Source of the DNA: Eledone cirrhosa
Lineage: Eukaryota
Direction of reading: 5' to 3'
Assembly (NCBI GenBank): GCA_964016885.1
Contig: OZ024743.1
Coordinates: 343,666,001 to 343,730,000, forward strand
Length of the DNA stretch: 64,000 nt
This document shows, piece after piece, positions 38,159-50,023 of this stretch (its first letter is position 1; each line of letters starts with the position of its first letter). A program made the translations under genes and the position numbers. A model generated the notes under the pieces. The model saw only the letters and a program-made list of their open reading frames with translations, had not been told where the DNA came from and did not search any database.

Positions 38159-40255
38159 ATGGCTACCAAAAAGAAATTTCATACGTCACTCCCACTCATT
38201 CCGTCTTCTTCTTCCACAATCATCACTACAGCAGAGAGAAGATTGTCTCTCTCCCTCCCTTCTTTAAATGTGTCTCTCTCCCTCCCTTCTCTTTCGCAAG
38301 TGACGAAAGAAAAGAAAAGTCTCGTGCAAAGCGTGCAAGGTTTCTCCACGACGACGACGACAGCGACGAAACAGGTGTGCGGGAAATACGAAAACCCAGT
38401 TCATTCGTCTGACGTCAGGAATAATAGCAGTAGCAGCCGTAATAACAACAGCAACAGTGACAATGAAAACAACAGTAGCAGCCGCAACAGCATCACCAGC
38501 AGCATAAACAACAACAGCATTAGCAGCAGCAACACCAACAACAACCACAGCAACAGCGGCGGAGGCAGTAGTCGTAGTACCTGCAGCAACAACAAAAGTA
38601 CCAGCAGCTCTGACGACAACAACAACAGCAGAGAAAAACCAATCTCATTTGCAGGTATTGCGAAAAATTTGGAAACAATCCTCATAACAAATGAGGAATT
38701 AGAGGAAGCGAAGAAGATGGTGACAAAGAACGGACACCGAGCAATCTGCAAGGCAGCGAAAAATTTTTTCGAAACCCAAGAGCACTGTACGGTCACGTAC
38801 CGTACAGTAAGTACAAAATCCCGTAGGGTGGAAAGAGCCACAGAGGCCCAAATACAAAAAGCCTTGGGGTCTGTGTGGCAGCGGAAAACGCACATCACCC
38901 GAGGCAAAAAATATGCCACCGTAGACGTACTTTTTGCCACACCCCAGGAGGCAAAGGCCCAATCAGTAGTGACCCTAAGGAGCGAGGAAATGGTGTTGGC
39001 GCCCTCCTACTGTGGGCAAAAAATTGTGAGGGTCAAACTGACCCACGTCCCCCCCGGAATGACCCCTTCTTGGCTGGCCGCGTCTGTCCTCGTCGGAATC
39101 GAGGACAAAACAACTGTACTGCAAGTACAGAAAAAAGTAAGAGAAGATTGGGTCGGCTCCTCCATTGAGATGCTAATCCAAACCAACCAGGAGTGCATCG
39201 AAGCTATCCCGGATGTGATAGACTTCGATAACGGCACTCAACTGCCCATAAGTGTTGAGGGCAAACGCCCGAAATGCTTTCGCTGTGGATCGAAGACTCA
39301 CCTCAGGGCCTTCTGCAACGAGAAGACCCTGAGAAAGGAGAAAACCCCCCTCCTTCCGAATCCGGCTCCACGGCTACCAGCAACAGGACAAGCGGCAACC
39401 AGGAACGATAGGCCCGTGGCACCCATACCCACTCCACGGAAATCAAAAACAGCAGCAGCAGTGGAAATACTAACAACAACAACAGCAATACCAAATGCAG
39501 CTGCAACAGAGACTCCAGTGCAAACATCACCAACAACAACAAGTGAAAGAGTGGAGTTGGTACCCCTCCCCGACCTCACAGAATCAGACATGGAGTGTGA
39601 GGTGGGAGAGAGATGGCAAAAGGTCGTAAGAAGGCACAAACGCAGAAGCAGCGCATCGTCGCCTTTGAAAAGTGAGGAAAGAAATGAGAAAAGGGTAAAG
39701 TCTACTGCAAAGAGACCCACAGCAGCAACAACACCAACACCATCACCACCCACACTAGCGCCACCATCACCACCGGCGACAACCCCACCGCCAACAACAC
39801 CTTCAACACCACCACCACAAGCACCAACATCGCAAACACAACAACAAAACACACACACCCAGCAACAACGACAAGAAAATAGCAGAACCACACCCCACCC
39901 CCAGAAAAACAAATGCACGGCAATAAATACACACAACAAGAAACTAATGACTTACATAATTGAACACACAGACATTTCACAACAGGACTACATAATACCA
40001 GCACCAATCAAAACGCCAACTAACATAAGACTGCTAAAAATAGCACAGAAACAATACACAAATATTAAAACGAAATTCCCCAACGCAGTTGGTGATTTCA
40101 GGGACCTAGGAGGAACCATCAATCGAAGAGTATACTCAGACATTCTCTTAGAAGAGCCGACGACCAGCCGAAGGGACGATTCAACGGTCCCTTCACCAGA
40201 CGATCAAGTGAAAAGGGATGTAAAAACCATCCCTCCTCTACCAAAAGTACGGTAA
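38159..40255 (+). CDS. ORF1p copy 2
   Basis: Near-identical to copy 1 ORF1. Confidence 0.85.
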   Translation: MATKKKFHTSLPLIPSSSSTIITTAERRLSLSLPSLNVSLSLPSLSQVTKEKKSLVQSVQGFSTTTTTATKQVCGKYENPVHSSDVRNNSSSSRNNNSNSDNENNSSSRNSITSSINNNSISSSNTNNNHSNSGGGSSRSTCSNNKSTSSSDDNNNSREKPISFAGIAKNLETILITNEELEEAKKMVTKNGHRAICKAAKNFFETQEHCTVTYRTVSTKSRRVERATEAQIQKALGSVWQRKTHITRGKKYATVDVLFATPQEAKAQSVVTLRSEEMVLAPSYCGQKIVRVKLTHVPPGMTPSWLAASVLVGIEDKTTVLQVQKKVREDWVGSSIEMLIQTNQECIEAIPDVIDFDNGTQLPISVEGKRPKCFRCGSKTHLRAFCNEKTLRKEKTPLLPNPAPRLPATGQAATRNDRPVAPIPTPRKSKTAAAVEILTTTTAIPNAAATETPVQTSPTTTSERVELVPLPDLTESDMECEVGERWQKVVRRHKRRSSASSPLKSEERNEKRVKSTAKRPTAATTPTPSPPTLAPPSPPATTPPPTTPSTPPPQAPTSQTQQQNTHTQQQRQENSRTTPHPQKNKCTAINTHNKKLMTYIIEHTDISQQDYIIPAPIKTPTNIRLLKIAQKQYTNIKTKFPNAVGDFRDLGGTINRRVYSDILLEEPTTSRRDDSTVPSPDDQVKRDVKTIPPLPKVR

Positions 40256-40290
40256 GTGGTCTTTCCCATCTTTTCCACTCTATTTTAAAC

Positions 40291-43200
40291 ATGACCTCAC
40301 TCAGAATAGGCAGCATAAATGCGCGTGGCTTGGGGTCGTCATGGAAGCAGGGTCACCTGCTCAACGACCTCAGGTCACTAAACATAGATGTAGTGGCCAT
40401 CAGCGAGACCAGAATCTCCGAAGCACGGGCCTTCGCACCGATCTTCGGCGGCTTCGATGTGTACGCATCTCCCAGCCGTCCTGGATCCGGTGGAGGAGTT
40501 GCTGTGCTTTTTCGGAGAGGTTTGGATCTCGCCATACGGGCCATCTTCCTGGACCCAGAGGGTAAGCTGGTGGTGCTGGACGTGACCAGCGGAGACGGGC
40601 AAGCTTTCAGGCTAGTGGCCGTCTATGCCCCGACAGGAGCAGGGCGGCCTGATTTCTTCCGGCGTCTGGAGACCTTTCTTGGAACGTCCCGCTCTTTAGT
40701 GTTAGTGGGCGACTGGAACGGGATCTTAGATGCACGCTGGGACTGTGTGGGATTAGCGGATAGGGGTGGAGGGTGCAAGAGCCTCACCAACCTGCTCAGG
40801 CGTTTTGAACTGTCTGACAGGTACCGATTGGATTTCCCGAATGTGCCAATGTGGACTTGGACAAACCGCATAGGGTCATCCAGATCATATCTAGATAGAG
40901 TATTTTGTAGGGAAATAGATAGGTCTAGCATAGGCTGTCCACAATTCAAGATAGTCAGCTACACGGACCACAAATTCGTGATCTGTGTGCTTGACTTAGA
41001 TAGGCTTCATAGACGAGGACCCGGCTACTGGAAGCTAAACGCGTCCTTACCAGCGCGCAAGGCCTACAGAGACCGGATTAGCGAACTAGTTAAGCGGGCG
41101 TTGACGGGGGCCATCGTCAACAACAAGTGGTGGTTTGCTCTGAAAAGAGCGATTAGAATAGAATCGATTAGGTTTAGTAAGGCTTTAGCAATAGAGAAAA
41201 ATAGAGCAGAGGGAGAACTAGTTAGAAAATTAGACGAGGCGCTTAGCAAAGGCATTGCGACCGACGTGCTTGCGGCGAAATTGGCCCTTGACCAATTCTT
41301 CAATGCAAAGCACGAAGGCTGCGTTGTCAGAGCTAGGGTGCGTGCTCTCAGACACGAGGGGACGAAAGCCGTTCAATGGGCCCGAGTGGCGGAGGCGCGT
41401 CGTGGCAACAAAGCCACGATCCGGTCTTTGGTGGACCACGACGGGCGCATGCTACTCGATCCCGGGCAAATGTGTGAAGCTTTTCAGCGACACTTCGCTC
41501 AGCTGTTCGGGGGCAGCGGGGGGCCGGGTAGAGGGATGGACTTTAGTGTCTACCTCGACGGACTGCCGCGGCTCTCGGCCACTGAGGCGAAGTGTTGCGA
41601 AAAGCCGATAACAGCCGCTGAAGTACGGGAGGCAATGACTGGCTGCACAAGGGGTAAATCGCCTGGTTTGGATGGTCTGCCCTATGAACTTTACGTACAG
41701 ATGCCAGACTTGTTCGGAGGCCTCTTGGCGGACGTCTACTGCAACTGGCAACAGAACGGGAGAATTCCCAGTTCTGTGAGCCGAGGAGCGGTGGCACTGC
41801 TGAGAAAGGATCCGAACAAGGGGGATAACATAGACAATTTCCGGCCCATAACTCTGCTAAACACAGAGTTTAAGATTTTGGCCAAGGTGCTAGCAAAGAG
41901 GTTGGCGCTTGTCGTTGGTGGTCTGGTGGGAGAGGCGCAGACATGCGCCATTCCCGACAGATCCATCCACGACAACCTCCACCTCATGCGATACATCGTA
42001 GAGAGGGTAGCTAGGGAACCTGGCACGGGTGGGTCCTTGATCAATTTAGATCAGTCGAAAGCTTTCGATAGGGTCGACCATCGTTACCTAGCGGCAGTCC
42101 TGAGGGCGGCTGGCTTTGGGCCCGTCTTCAGAGGCTGGATCGCTGCCATGCACAGCGACATCTGCTCTGTGGTGAGAGTGAACGGTCACCTGTCGGAACC
42201 GTTCAACATCATGCGCTCGGTCCGCCAAGGATGTCCCCTCTCGTCCCTCTTGTACGTATTGACTCTCGAGCCATTACTGCACAAACTGGAGACGTTGAGG
42301 GGAGTCCCGCGCGAACTAGGATGCGGAAGATCCGTGTCAGCATATGCGGACGATGTCACCGTAGTGGTGTCGAACGCCAAACACATCGAGGCGATCGGCA
42401 CTACACTAAGAGAATACGAAGCGGTGACAGGAGCAATGATCAACCAGGAAAAGTCAGTGGGCCTGCAGCTCGGCACCTGGAGAGGCAGGTCCATGCCGTC
42501 CAACAGCGTCGTCGGGCGCTGGACGGACGGACCGGTTAAATTGCTAGGGGTCTGGTTCGGTCCGGACCTCCAGACGGACAAAAACTGGGACGAGGTGACG
42601 AGCAGGGTGGCTTCTCTCACCCAGAAATGGGCGGAGAGGAAGCTATCCCTGAAAGGTCGAGCGGAGGTGGCTAACGCGTACATCGCGTCTGTCATCTGCT
42701 ACCGCCTAACCGTCGTACCTTGTCCTAAGCCTCGCCTGACTGCGCTGGAGCGTTTGCTCTTTCGCTTTTTGTGGAAGGGACGTGCTCCGATGGTCAGGCG
42801 GTCCATCTGTTGTCAACACCCGCTACGTGGAGGGCTGGGCATGCCGTGGCTGATGATGCGCAGGCACGCGCTCAGGCTACGACATCTCCACCTCTTCCTC
42901 GACGGTGATCAGGTGTGGTCGCCTTTTGCTAGACGCGTTTTTCCCCAGCTCGTTTCCTTGACGGAGCTGCAGTCCTGGGTCAAGCGAAGACCGAGAGGGA
43001 GCGCCTGGAGACTGGAATGTCTTCAGGCGCTCACAGCCCTCGACCAATCGGGCAATGTGATCGGTGGAAACTCCACCTCGGCGTTCTATAGAGGATTAGT
43101 GGAGGGGAAGAGCGACGACGTACTTGGGGAAACTCTAGGCGTCGACGAAAATCAACTAGCCAATCTCTTCGGAAGAACTTTCGGGCCGGGGCCTATGGAC

Positions 43201-43710
43201 AACTTCCAGAAATCTCTGGCCTGGCAGTGCTACCGAGGAGCCTTGCCAGTTCGGGATAAACTCTACAGGCATGGAGGTGCCGTCAGCCGGGCATGTCCGA
43301 GATGCGCGCAGGGCGACGAAACCGTCCTGCACGCACTCGTCCAGTGTCCGAAAATTGCTGACTTGTGGGTTTATGTCGAACACCTGCTGTCGCGTTTAGG
43401 ACGGATCCAGCTATCATCTGAGTCTATCGTGAGGATTGCCCCGCCCTCCTCCTTTAGCCGGGAAGGGCAGGCAGTTTTTATCTGTCTGGTGGCCATGGCG
43501 AAAGAGATAGTATGGTGGACACGTTTGAAAGGGCTGAAGACGAGCACTTACCTCTTCGGTGATGCTCTGATTGACTTTTTCAAATTTCATTTGAAAAGGA
43601 AAATCAGAGTAGAGAAGGAAGTGCTCTCTTCCCAGCATTTTGTTGAAAGATGGGTGAGAGAAGCAAGAATGGCCCGAGTGAATGGGCCGACTCTGAGTAT
43701 ATATCTGTAA
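40291..43710 (+). CDS. ORF2p copy 2 (APE-RT-CCHC)
   Basis: 1139 aa, same motifs. Confidence 0.97.
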   Translation: MTSLRIGSINARGLGSSWKQGHLLNDLRSLNIDVVAISETRISEARAFAPIFGGFDVYASPSRPGSGGGVAVLFRRGLDLAIRAIFLDPEGKLVVLDVTSGDGQAFRLVAVYAPTGAGRPDFFRRLETFLGTSRSLVLVGDWNGILDARWDCVGLADRGGGCKSLTNLLRRFELSDRYRLDFPNVPMWTWTNRIGSSRSYLDRVFCREIDRSSIGCPQFKIVSYTDHKFVICVLDLDRLHRRGPGYWKLNASLPARKAYRDRISELVKRALTGAIVNNKWWFALKRAIRIESIRFSKALAIEKNRAEGELVRKLDEALSKGIATDVLAAKLALDQFFNAKHEGCVVRARVRALRHEGTKAVQWARVAEARRGNKATIRSLVDHDGRMLLDPGQMCEAFQRHFAQLFGGSGGPGRGMDFSVYLDGLPRLSATEAKCCEKPITAAEVREAMTGCTRGKSPGLDGLPYELYVQMPDLFGGLLADVYCNWQQNGRIPSSVSRGAVALLRKDPNKGDNIDNFRPITLLNTEFKILAKVLAKRLALVVGGLVGEAQTCAIPDRSIHDNLHLMRYIVERVAREPGTGGSLINLDQSKAFDRVDHRYLAAVLRAAGFGPVFRGWIAAMHSDICSVVRVNGHLSEPFNIMRSVRQGCPLSSLLYVLTLEPLLHKLETLRGVPRELGCGRSVSAYADDVTVVVSNAKHIEAIGTTLREYEAVTGAMINQEKSVGLQLGTWRGRSMPSNSVVGRWTDGPVKLLGVWFGPDLQTDKNWDEVTSRVASLTQKWAERKLSLKGRAEVANAYIASVICYRLTVVPCPKPRLTALERLLFRFLWKGRAPMVRRSICCQHPLRGGLGMPWLMMRRHALRLRHLHLFLDGDQVWSPFARRVFPQLVSLTELQSWVKRRPRGSAWRLECLQALTALDQSGNVIGGNSTSAFYRGLVEGKSDDVLGETLGVDENQLANLFGRTFGPGPMDNFQKSLAWQCYRGALPVRDKLYRHGGAVSRACPRCAQGDETVLHALVQCPKIADLWVYVEHLLSRLGRIQLSSESIVRIAPPSSFSREGQAVFICLVAMAKEIVWWTRLKGLKTSTYLFGDALIDFFKFHLKRKIRVEKEVLSSQHFVERWVREARMARVNGPTLSIYL

Positions 43711-44207
43711 ACTAAAGGTGGAAAACTGGGAGAGGGCACTTGCCTTGGTGGTCAGGGTCATTGTGGCTTTTTACTGGGCTTTCTCCACAAATGTCCCTCC
43801 GAAGTCTCCCCCCTATTGGGGAATTTTTCATTGTTATTTTCATTGTTATTTTTGTTACATCCTCTGTTTTTGTTTTTTTTACACGCAGAAATGCCCATTT
43901 GTACCGTCCTGCATTGTCCTGCACTGTCCTTAATGTCTACTTTATGTAAACCCTTGTGGTTAATAAAGAAATCATTATTATTATTATTATTATTGAATGC
44001 CATGGTTGACGGAGGCTCGGCTCTGTAAGGTATAGTAATTTTTAACCGTTAAAACAATTGTAAATTGTTTAAAACTTGAACCAAATTGTTGATAAAGACA
44101 CCCTCCTCCTCGTGAGAGGGGTCTTTCTGTCCGTTATTTGGCCCTTCGGGGTTAAATAGCCAGTTATTGGGGTTTTGTACCCAAAATTTCATTTTAAACA
44201 AAAAAAC

Positions 44208-46307
44208 ATGGCTACCAAAAAAAAAAAATTTCACACGTCACTCCCACTCATTCCGTCTTCTTCTTCCTCAATCATCACTACAGGAGAGAGAAGATTGTCT
44301 CTCTCCCTCCCTTCTTTAAATGTGTCTCTCTCCCTACCTTCTCTTTCGCAAGCGACGAAAGAAAAGAAAAGTCTCGTGCAAAGCGTGCAAGGTTTCTCCA
44401 CGACGACGACGACAGCGACGAAACAGGTGTGCGGGAAATACGAAAACCCAGTTCATTCGTCTGACGTCAGGAATAATAGCAGTAGCAGCCGTAATAACAA
44501 CAGCAACAGTGACAATGAAAACAACAGTAGCAGCCGCAACAGCATCACCAGCAGCATAAACAACAACAGCATTAGCAGCAGCAACACCAACAACAACCAC
44601 AGCAACAGCGGCGGAGGCAGTAGTCGTAGTACCTGCAGCAACAACAAAAGTACCAGCAGCTCTGACGACAACAACAACAGCAGAGAAAAACCAATCTCAT
44701 TTGCAGGTATTGCGAAAAACCTGGAAACAATCCTCATAACAAATGAGGAATTAGAGGAAGCGAAGAAGATGGTGACAAAGAACGGACACCGAGCAATCTG
44801 CAAGGCAGCGAAAAATTTTTTCGAAACCCAAGAGCACTGTACGGTCACGTACCGTACAGTAAGTACAAAATCCCGTAGGGTGGAAAGAGCCACAGAGGCC
44901 CAAATACAAAAAGCCTTGGGGTCTGTGTGGCAGAGGAAAACGCACATCACCCGAGGCAAAAAATACGCCACCGTAGACGTACTTTTTGCCACACCCCAGG
45001 AGGCAAAGGCCCAATCAGTAGTGACCCTAAGGAGCGAGGAAATGGTGTTGGTGCCCTCCTACTGCGGGCAAAAAATTGTGAGGGTCAAACTGACCCACGT
45101 CCCCCCCGGAATGACCCCTTCTTGGCTGGCCGCGTCTGTCCTCGTCGGAATCGAGGACAAAACAACTGTACTGCAAGTACAGAAAAAAGTAAGAGAAGAT
45201 TGGGTCGGCTCCTCCATTGAGATGCTAATCCAAACCAACCAGGAGTGCATCGAAGCTATCCCGGATGTGATAGACTTCGATAACGGCACTCAACTGCCCA
45301 TAAGTGTTGAGGGCAAACGCCCGAAATGCTTTCGCTGTGGATCGAAGACTCACCTCAGGGCCTTCTGCAACGAGAAGACCCTGAGAAAGGAGAAAACCCC
45401 CCTCCTCCCGAATCCGGTTCCACGGCTACCAGCAACAGGACAAGCGGCAACCAGGAACGATAGGTCCGTGGCACCCATACCCACTCCACGGAAATCAAAG
45501 ACAGCAGCAGCAGTGGAAATATTAACAACAACAACAGCAATACCAAATGCAGCTGCAACAGAGACTCCAGTGCAAACATCACCAACAACAACAAGTGAAA
45601 GAGTGGAGCTGGTACCCCTCCCCGACCTTACAGAATCAGACATGGAGTGTGAGGTGGGAGAGGGATGGCAAAAGGTCTCAAGAAGGCACAAACGCAGAAG
45701 CAGCGCATCGTCGCCTTTGAAAAGGGAGGAAAGAAATGAGAAAAGGGTAAAGTCTACTGCAAAGAGACCCACAGCAGCAACACCACCAACACCATCACCA
45801 CCCACACCAGCACCACCATCACCACCGGCGACAACCCCACCGCCAACAACACCTTCAACACCACCACCACAAGCACCAACATCGCAAACACAACAACAAA
45901 ACACACACACCCAGCAACAACGACAAGAAAATAGCAGAACCACACCCCACCCCCAGAAAAACAAATGCACGGCAATAAACACACACAACAAGAAACTAAT
46001 GACTTACATAATTGAACACACAGACATTTCACAACAGGACTACATAATACCAGCACCAATCAAAACGCCAACTAACATAAGACTGCTAAAAATAGCACAG
46101 AAACAATACACAAACATTAAAACGAAATTCCCCAACGCAGTTGGTGATTTCAGGGACCTAGGAGGAACCATTAATCGAAGAGTATATTCAGACATTCTCT
46201 TAGAAGAGCCGACGACCAGCCGAAGGGACGATTCAACGGTCCCTTCACCAGACGATCAAGTGAAAAGGGATGTAAAAACCATCCCTCCTCTACCAAAAAT
46301 ACGGTAA
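44208..46307 (+). CDS. ORF1p copy 3
   Basis: Translation appears identical to copy 1 ORF1. Confidence 0.85.
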   Translation: MATKKKKFHTSLPLIPSSSSSIITTGERRLSLSLPSLNVSLSLPSLSQATKEKKSLVQSVQGFSTTTTTATKQVCGKYENPVHSSDVRNNSSSSRNNNSNSDNENNSSSRNSITSSINNNSISSSNTNNNHSNSGGGSSRSTCSNNKSTSSSDDNNNSREKPISFAGIAKNLETILITNEELEEAKKMVTKNGHRAICKAAKNFFETQEHCTVTYRTVSTKSRRVERATEAQIQKALGSVWQRKTHITRGKKYATVDVLFATPQEAKAQSVVTLRSEEMVLVPSYCGQKIVRVKLTHVPPGMTPSWLAASVLVGIEDKTTVLQVQKKVREDWVGSSIEMLIQTNQECIEAIPDVIDFDNGTQLPISVEGKRPKCFRCGSKTHLRAFCNEKTLRKEKTPLLPNPVPRLPATGQAATRNDRSVAPIPTPRKSKTAAAVEILTTTTAIPNAAATETPVQTSPTTTSERVELVPLPDLTESDMECEVGEGWQKVSRRHKRRSSASSPLKREERNEKRVKSTAKRPTAATPPTPSPPTPAPPSPPATTPPPTTPSTPPPQAPTSQTQQQNTHTQQQRQENSRTTPHPQKNKCTAINTHNKKLMTYIIEHTDISQQDYIIPAPIKTPTNIRLLKIAQKQYTNIKTKFPNAVGDFRDLGGTINRRVYSDILLEEPTTSRRDDSTVPSPDDQVKRDVKTIPPLPKIR

Positions 46308-46342
46308 GTGGTCTTTCCCATCTTTTCCACTCTATTTTAAAC

Positions 46343-49300
46343 ATGACCTCACTCAGAATAGGCAGCATAAATGCGCGTGGCTTGGGGTCGTCATGGAAGC
46401 AGGGTCACCTGCTCAACGACCTCAGGTCACTAAACATAGATGTAGTGGCCATCAGCGAGACCAGAATCTCCGAAGCACGGGCCTTCGCACCGATCTTCGG
46501 CGGCTACGATGTGTACGCATCTCCCAGCCGTCCTGGATCGGGTGGAGGAGTTGCTGTGCTTTTTCGGAGAGGTTTGGATCTCGCCATACGGGCCATCTTC
46601 CTGGACCCAGAGGGTAAGCTGGTGGTGCTGGACGTGACCAGCGGAGACGGGCAAGCTTTCAGGCTAGTGGCCGTCTATGCCCCGACAGGAGCAGGGCGGC
46701 CTGATTTCTTCCGGCGTCTGGAGACCTTTCTTGGAACGTCGCGCTCTTTAGTGTTAGTGGGCGACTGGAACGGGATCTTAGATGCACGCTGGGACTGTGT
46801 GGGATTAGCGGATAGGGGTGGAGGGTGCAAGAGCCTCACCAACCTGCTCAGGCGTTTTGAACTGTCTGACAGGTACCGATTGGATTTCCCGAATGTGCCA
46901 ATGTGGACTTGGACAAACCGCATAGGGTCATCCAGATCATATCTAGATAGAGTATTTTGTAGGGAAATAGATAGGTCTAGCATAGGCTGTCCACAATTCA
47001 AGATAGTCAGCTACACGGACCACAAATTCGTGATCTGTGTGCTTGACTTAGATAGGCTTCATAGACGAGGACCCGGCTACTGGAAGCTAAACGCGTCCTT
47101 ACCAGCGCGCAAGGCCTACAGAGACCGGATTAGCGAACTAGTTAAGCGGGCGTTGACGGGGGCCATCGTCAACAACAAGTGGTGGTTTGCTCTGAAAAGA
47201 GCGATTAGAATAGAATCGATTAGGTTTAGTAAGGCTTTAGCAATAGAGAAAAATAGAGCAGAGGGAGAACTAGTTAGAAAATTAGACGAGGCGCTTAGCA
47301 AAGGCATTGCGACCGACGTGCTTGCGGCGAAATTGGCCCTTGACCAATTCTTCAATGCAAAGCACGAAGGCTGCGTTGTCAGAGCTAGGGTGCGTGCTCT
47401 CAGACACGAGGGGACGAAAGCCGTTCAATGGGCCCGAGTGGCGGAGGCGCGTCGTGGCAACAAAGCCACGATCCGGTCTTTGGTGGACCACGACGGGCGC
47501 ATGCTACTCGATCCCGGGCAAATGTGTGAAGCTTTTCAGCGACACTTCGCTCAGCTGTTCGGGGGCAGCGGGGGGCCGGGTAGAGGGATGGACTTTAGTG
47601 TCTACCTCGACGGACTGCCGCGGCTCTCGGCCACTGAGGCGAAGTGTTGCGAAAAGCCGATAACAGCCGCTGAAGTAAGGGAGGCAATGACTGGCTGCAC
47701 AAGGGGTAAATCGCCTGGTTTGGATGGTCTGCCCTATGAACTTTACGTACAGATGCCAGACTTGTTCGGAGGCCTCTTGACGGACGTCTACTGCAACTGG
47801 CAACAGAACGGGAGAATTCCCAGTTCTGTGAGCCGAGGAGCGGTGGCACTGCTGAGAAAGGATCCGAACAAGGGGGATAACATAGACAATTTCCGGCCCA
47901 TAACTCTGCTAAACACAGAGTTTAAGATTTTGGCCAAGGTGCTAGCAAAGAGGTTGGCGCTTGTCGTTGGTGGTCTGGTGGGAGAGGCGCAGACATGCGC
48001 CATTCCCGACAGATCCATCCACGACAACCTCCACCTCATGCGATACATCGTAGAGAGGGTAGCTAGGGAACCTGGCACGGGTGGGTCCTTGATCAATTTA
48101 GATCAGTCGAAAGCTTTCGATAGGGTCGACCATCGTTACCTAGCGGCAGTCCTGAGGGCGGCTGGCTTTGGGCCCGTCTTCAGAGGCTGGATCGCTGCCA
48201 TGCACAGCGACATCTGCTCTGTGGTGAGAGTGAACGGTCACCTGTCGGAACCGTTCAACATCATGCGCTCGGTCCGCCAAGGATGTCCCCTCTCGTCCCT
48301 CTTGTACGTATTGACTCTCGAGCCATTACTGCACAAACTGGAGACGTTGAGGGGAGTCCCGCGCGAACTAGGATGCGGAAGATCCGTGTCAGCATATGCG
48401 GACGATGTCACCGTAGTGGTGTCGAACGCCAAACACATCGAGGCGATCGGCACTACACTAAGAGAATACGAAGCGGTGACAGGAGCAATGATCAACCAGG
48501 AAAAGTCAGTGGGCCTGCAGCTCGGCACCTGGAGAGGCAGGTCCATGCCGTCCAACAGCGTCGTCGGGCGCTGGACGGACGGACCGGTTAAATTGCTAGG
48601 GGTCTGGTTCGGTCCGGACCTCCAGACGGACAAAAACTGGGACGAGGTGACGAGCAGGGTGGCTTCTCTCACCCAGAAATGGGCGGAGAGGAAGCTATCC
48701 CTGAAAGGTCGAGCGGAGGTGGCTAACGCGTACATCGCGTCTGTCATCTGCTACCGCCTAACCGTCGTACCTTGTCCTAAGCCTCGCCTGACTGCGCTGG
48801 AGCGTTTGCTCTTTCGCTTTTTGTGGAAGGGACGTGCTCCGATGGTCAGGCGGTCCATCTGTTGTCAACACCCGCTACGTGGAGGGCTGGGCATGCCGTG
48901 GCTGATGATGCGCAGGCACGCGCTCAGGCTACGACATCTCCACCTCTTCCTCGACGGTGATCAGGTGTGGTCGCCGTTTGCTAGACGCGTTTTTCCCCAG
49001 CTCGTTTCCTTGACGGAGCTGCAGTCCTGGGTCAAGCGAAGACCGAGAGGGAGCGCCTGGAGACTGGAATGTCTTCAGGCGCTCACAGCCCTCGACCAAT
49101 CGGGCAATGTGATCGGTGGAAACTCCACCTCGGCGTTCTATAGAGGATTAGTGGAGGGGAAGAGCGACGACGTACTTGGGGAAACTCTAGGCGTCGACGA
49201 AAATCAACTAGCCAATCTCTTCGGAAGAACCTTCGGGCCAGGGCCTATGGACAACTTCCAGAAATCTCTGGCCTGGCAGTGCTACCGAGGAGCCTTGCCA

Positions 49301-49762
49301 GTTCGGGATAAACTCTACAGGCATGGAGGTGCCGTCAGCCGGGCATGTCCGAGATGCGCGCAGGGCGACGAAACCGTCCTGCACGCACTCGTCCAGTGTC
49401 CGAAAATTGCTGACTTGTGGGTTTATGTCGAACACCTGCTGTCGCGTTTAGGACGGATCCAGCTATCATCTGAGTCTATCGTGAGGATTGCCCCGCCCTC
49501 CTCCTTTAGCCGGGAAGGGCAGGCAGTTTTTATCTGTCTGGTGGCCATGGCGAAAGAGATAGTATGGTGGACACGTTTGAAAGGGCTGAAGACGAGCACT
49601 TACCTCTTCGGTGATGCTCTGATTGACTTTTTCAAATTTCATTTGAAAAGGAAAATCAGAGTAGAGAAGGAAGTGCTCTCTTCCCAGCATTTTGTTGAAA
49701 GATGGGTGAGAGAAGCAAGAATGGCCCGAGTGAATGGGCCGACTCTGAGTATATATCTGTAA
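46343..49762 (+). CDS. ORF2p copy 3 (APE-RT-CCHC)
   Basis: 1139 aa, same motifs. Confidence 0.97.
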   Translation: MTSLRIGSINARGLGSSWKQGHLLNDLRSLNIDVVAISETRISEARAFAPIFGGYDVYASPSRPGSGGGVAVLFRRGLDLAIRAIFLDPEGKLVVLDVTSGDGQAFRLVAVYAPTGAGRPDFFRRLETFLGTSRSLVLVGDWNGILDARWDCVGLADRGGGCKSLTNLLRRFELSDRYRLDFPNVPMWTWTNRIGSSRSYLDRVFCREIDRSSIGCPQFKIVSYTDHKFVICVLDLDRLHRRGPGYWKLNASLPARKAYRDRISELVKRALTGAIVNNKWWFALKRAIRIESIRFSKALAIEKNRAEGELVRKLDEALSKGIATDVLAAKLALDQFFNAKHEGCVVRARVRALRHEGTKAVQWARVAEARRGNKATIRSLVDHDGRMLLDPGQMCEAFQRHFAQLFGGSGGPGRGMDFSVYLDGLPRLSATEAKCCEKPITAAEVREAMTGCTRGKSPGLDGLPYELYVQMPDLFGGLLTDVYCNWQQNGRIPSSVSRGAVALLRKDPNKGDNIDNFRPITLLNTEFKILAKVLAKRLALVVGGLVGEAQTCAIPDRSIHDNLHLMRYIVERVAREPGTGGSLINLDQSKAFDRVDHRYLAAVLRAAGFGPVFRGWIAAMHSDICSVVRVNGHLSEPFNIMRSVRQGCPLSSLLYVLTLEPLLHKLETLRGVPRELGCGRSVSAYADDVTVVVSNAKHIEAIGTTLREYEAVTGAMINQEKSVGLQLGTWRGRSMPSNSVVGRWTDGPVKLLGVWFGPDLQTDKNWDEVTSRVASLTQKWAERKLSLKGRAEVANAYIASVICYRLTVVPCPKPRLTALERLLFRFLWKGRAPMVRRSICCQHPLRGGLGMPWLMMRRHALRLRHLHLFLDGDQVWSPFARRVFPQLVSLTELQSWVKRRPRGSAWRLECLQALTALDQSGNVIGGNSTSAFYRGLVEGKSDDVLGETLGVDENQLANLFGRTFGPGPMDNFQKSLAWQCYRGALPVRDKLYRHGGAVSRACPRCAQGDETVLHALVQCPKIADLWVYVEHLLSRLGRIQLSSESIVRIAPPSSFSREGQAVFICLVAMAKEIVWWTRLKGLKTSTYLFGDALIDFFKFHLKRKIRVEKEVLSSQHFVERWVREARMARVNGPTLSIYL

Positions 49763-50023
49763 ACTAAAGGTGGAAAACTGGGAGAGGGCACTTGCCTTGG
49801 TGGTCAGGGTCATTGTGGCTTTTTACTGGGCTTTCTCCACAAATGTTCCTCCGAAGTCTCCCCCCTATTGGGGAATTTTTCATTGTTATTTTCATTGTTA
49901 TTTTTGTTACATCCTCTATTTTTGTTTTTTTTACACGCAGAAATGCCCATTTGTACCGTCCTGCATTGTCCTGCACTGTCCTTAATGTCTACTTTATGTA
50001 AACCCTTGTGGTTAATAAAGAAA

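Larger units (their letters stand above)
37946..43994 (+). mobile_element. Tx1-like copy 2, full length and intact, tail (ATT)7
   Basis: Same termini and ORFs as copy 1. Confidence 0.95.

Noticed and set aside
43816-44028. Small ORFs spanning element junctions with poly-Leu
   Set aside because: Translation of the (TTA)n linker; length varies with the tail
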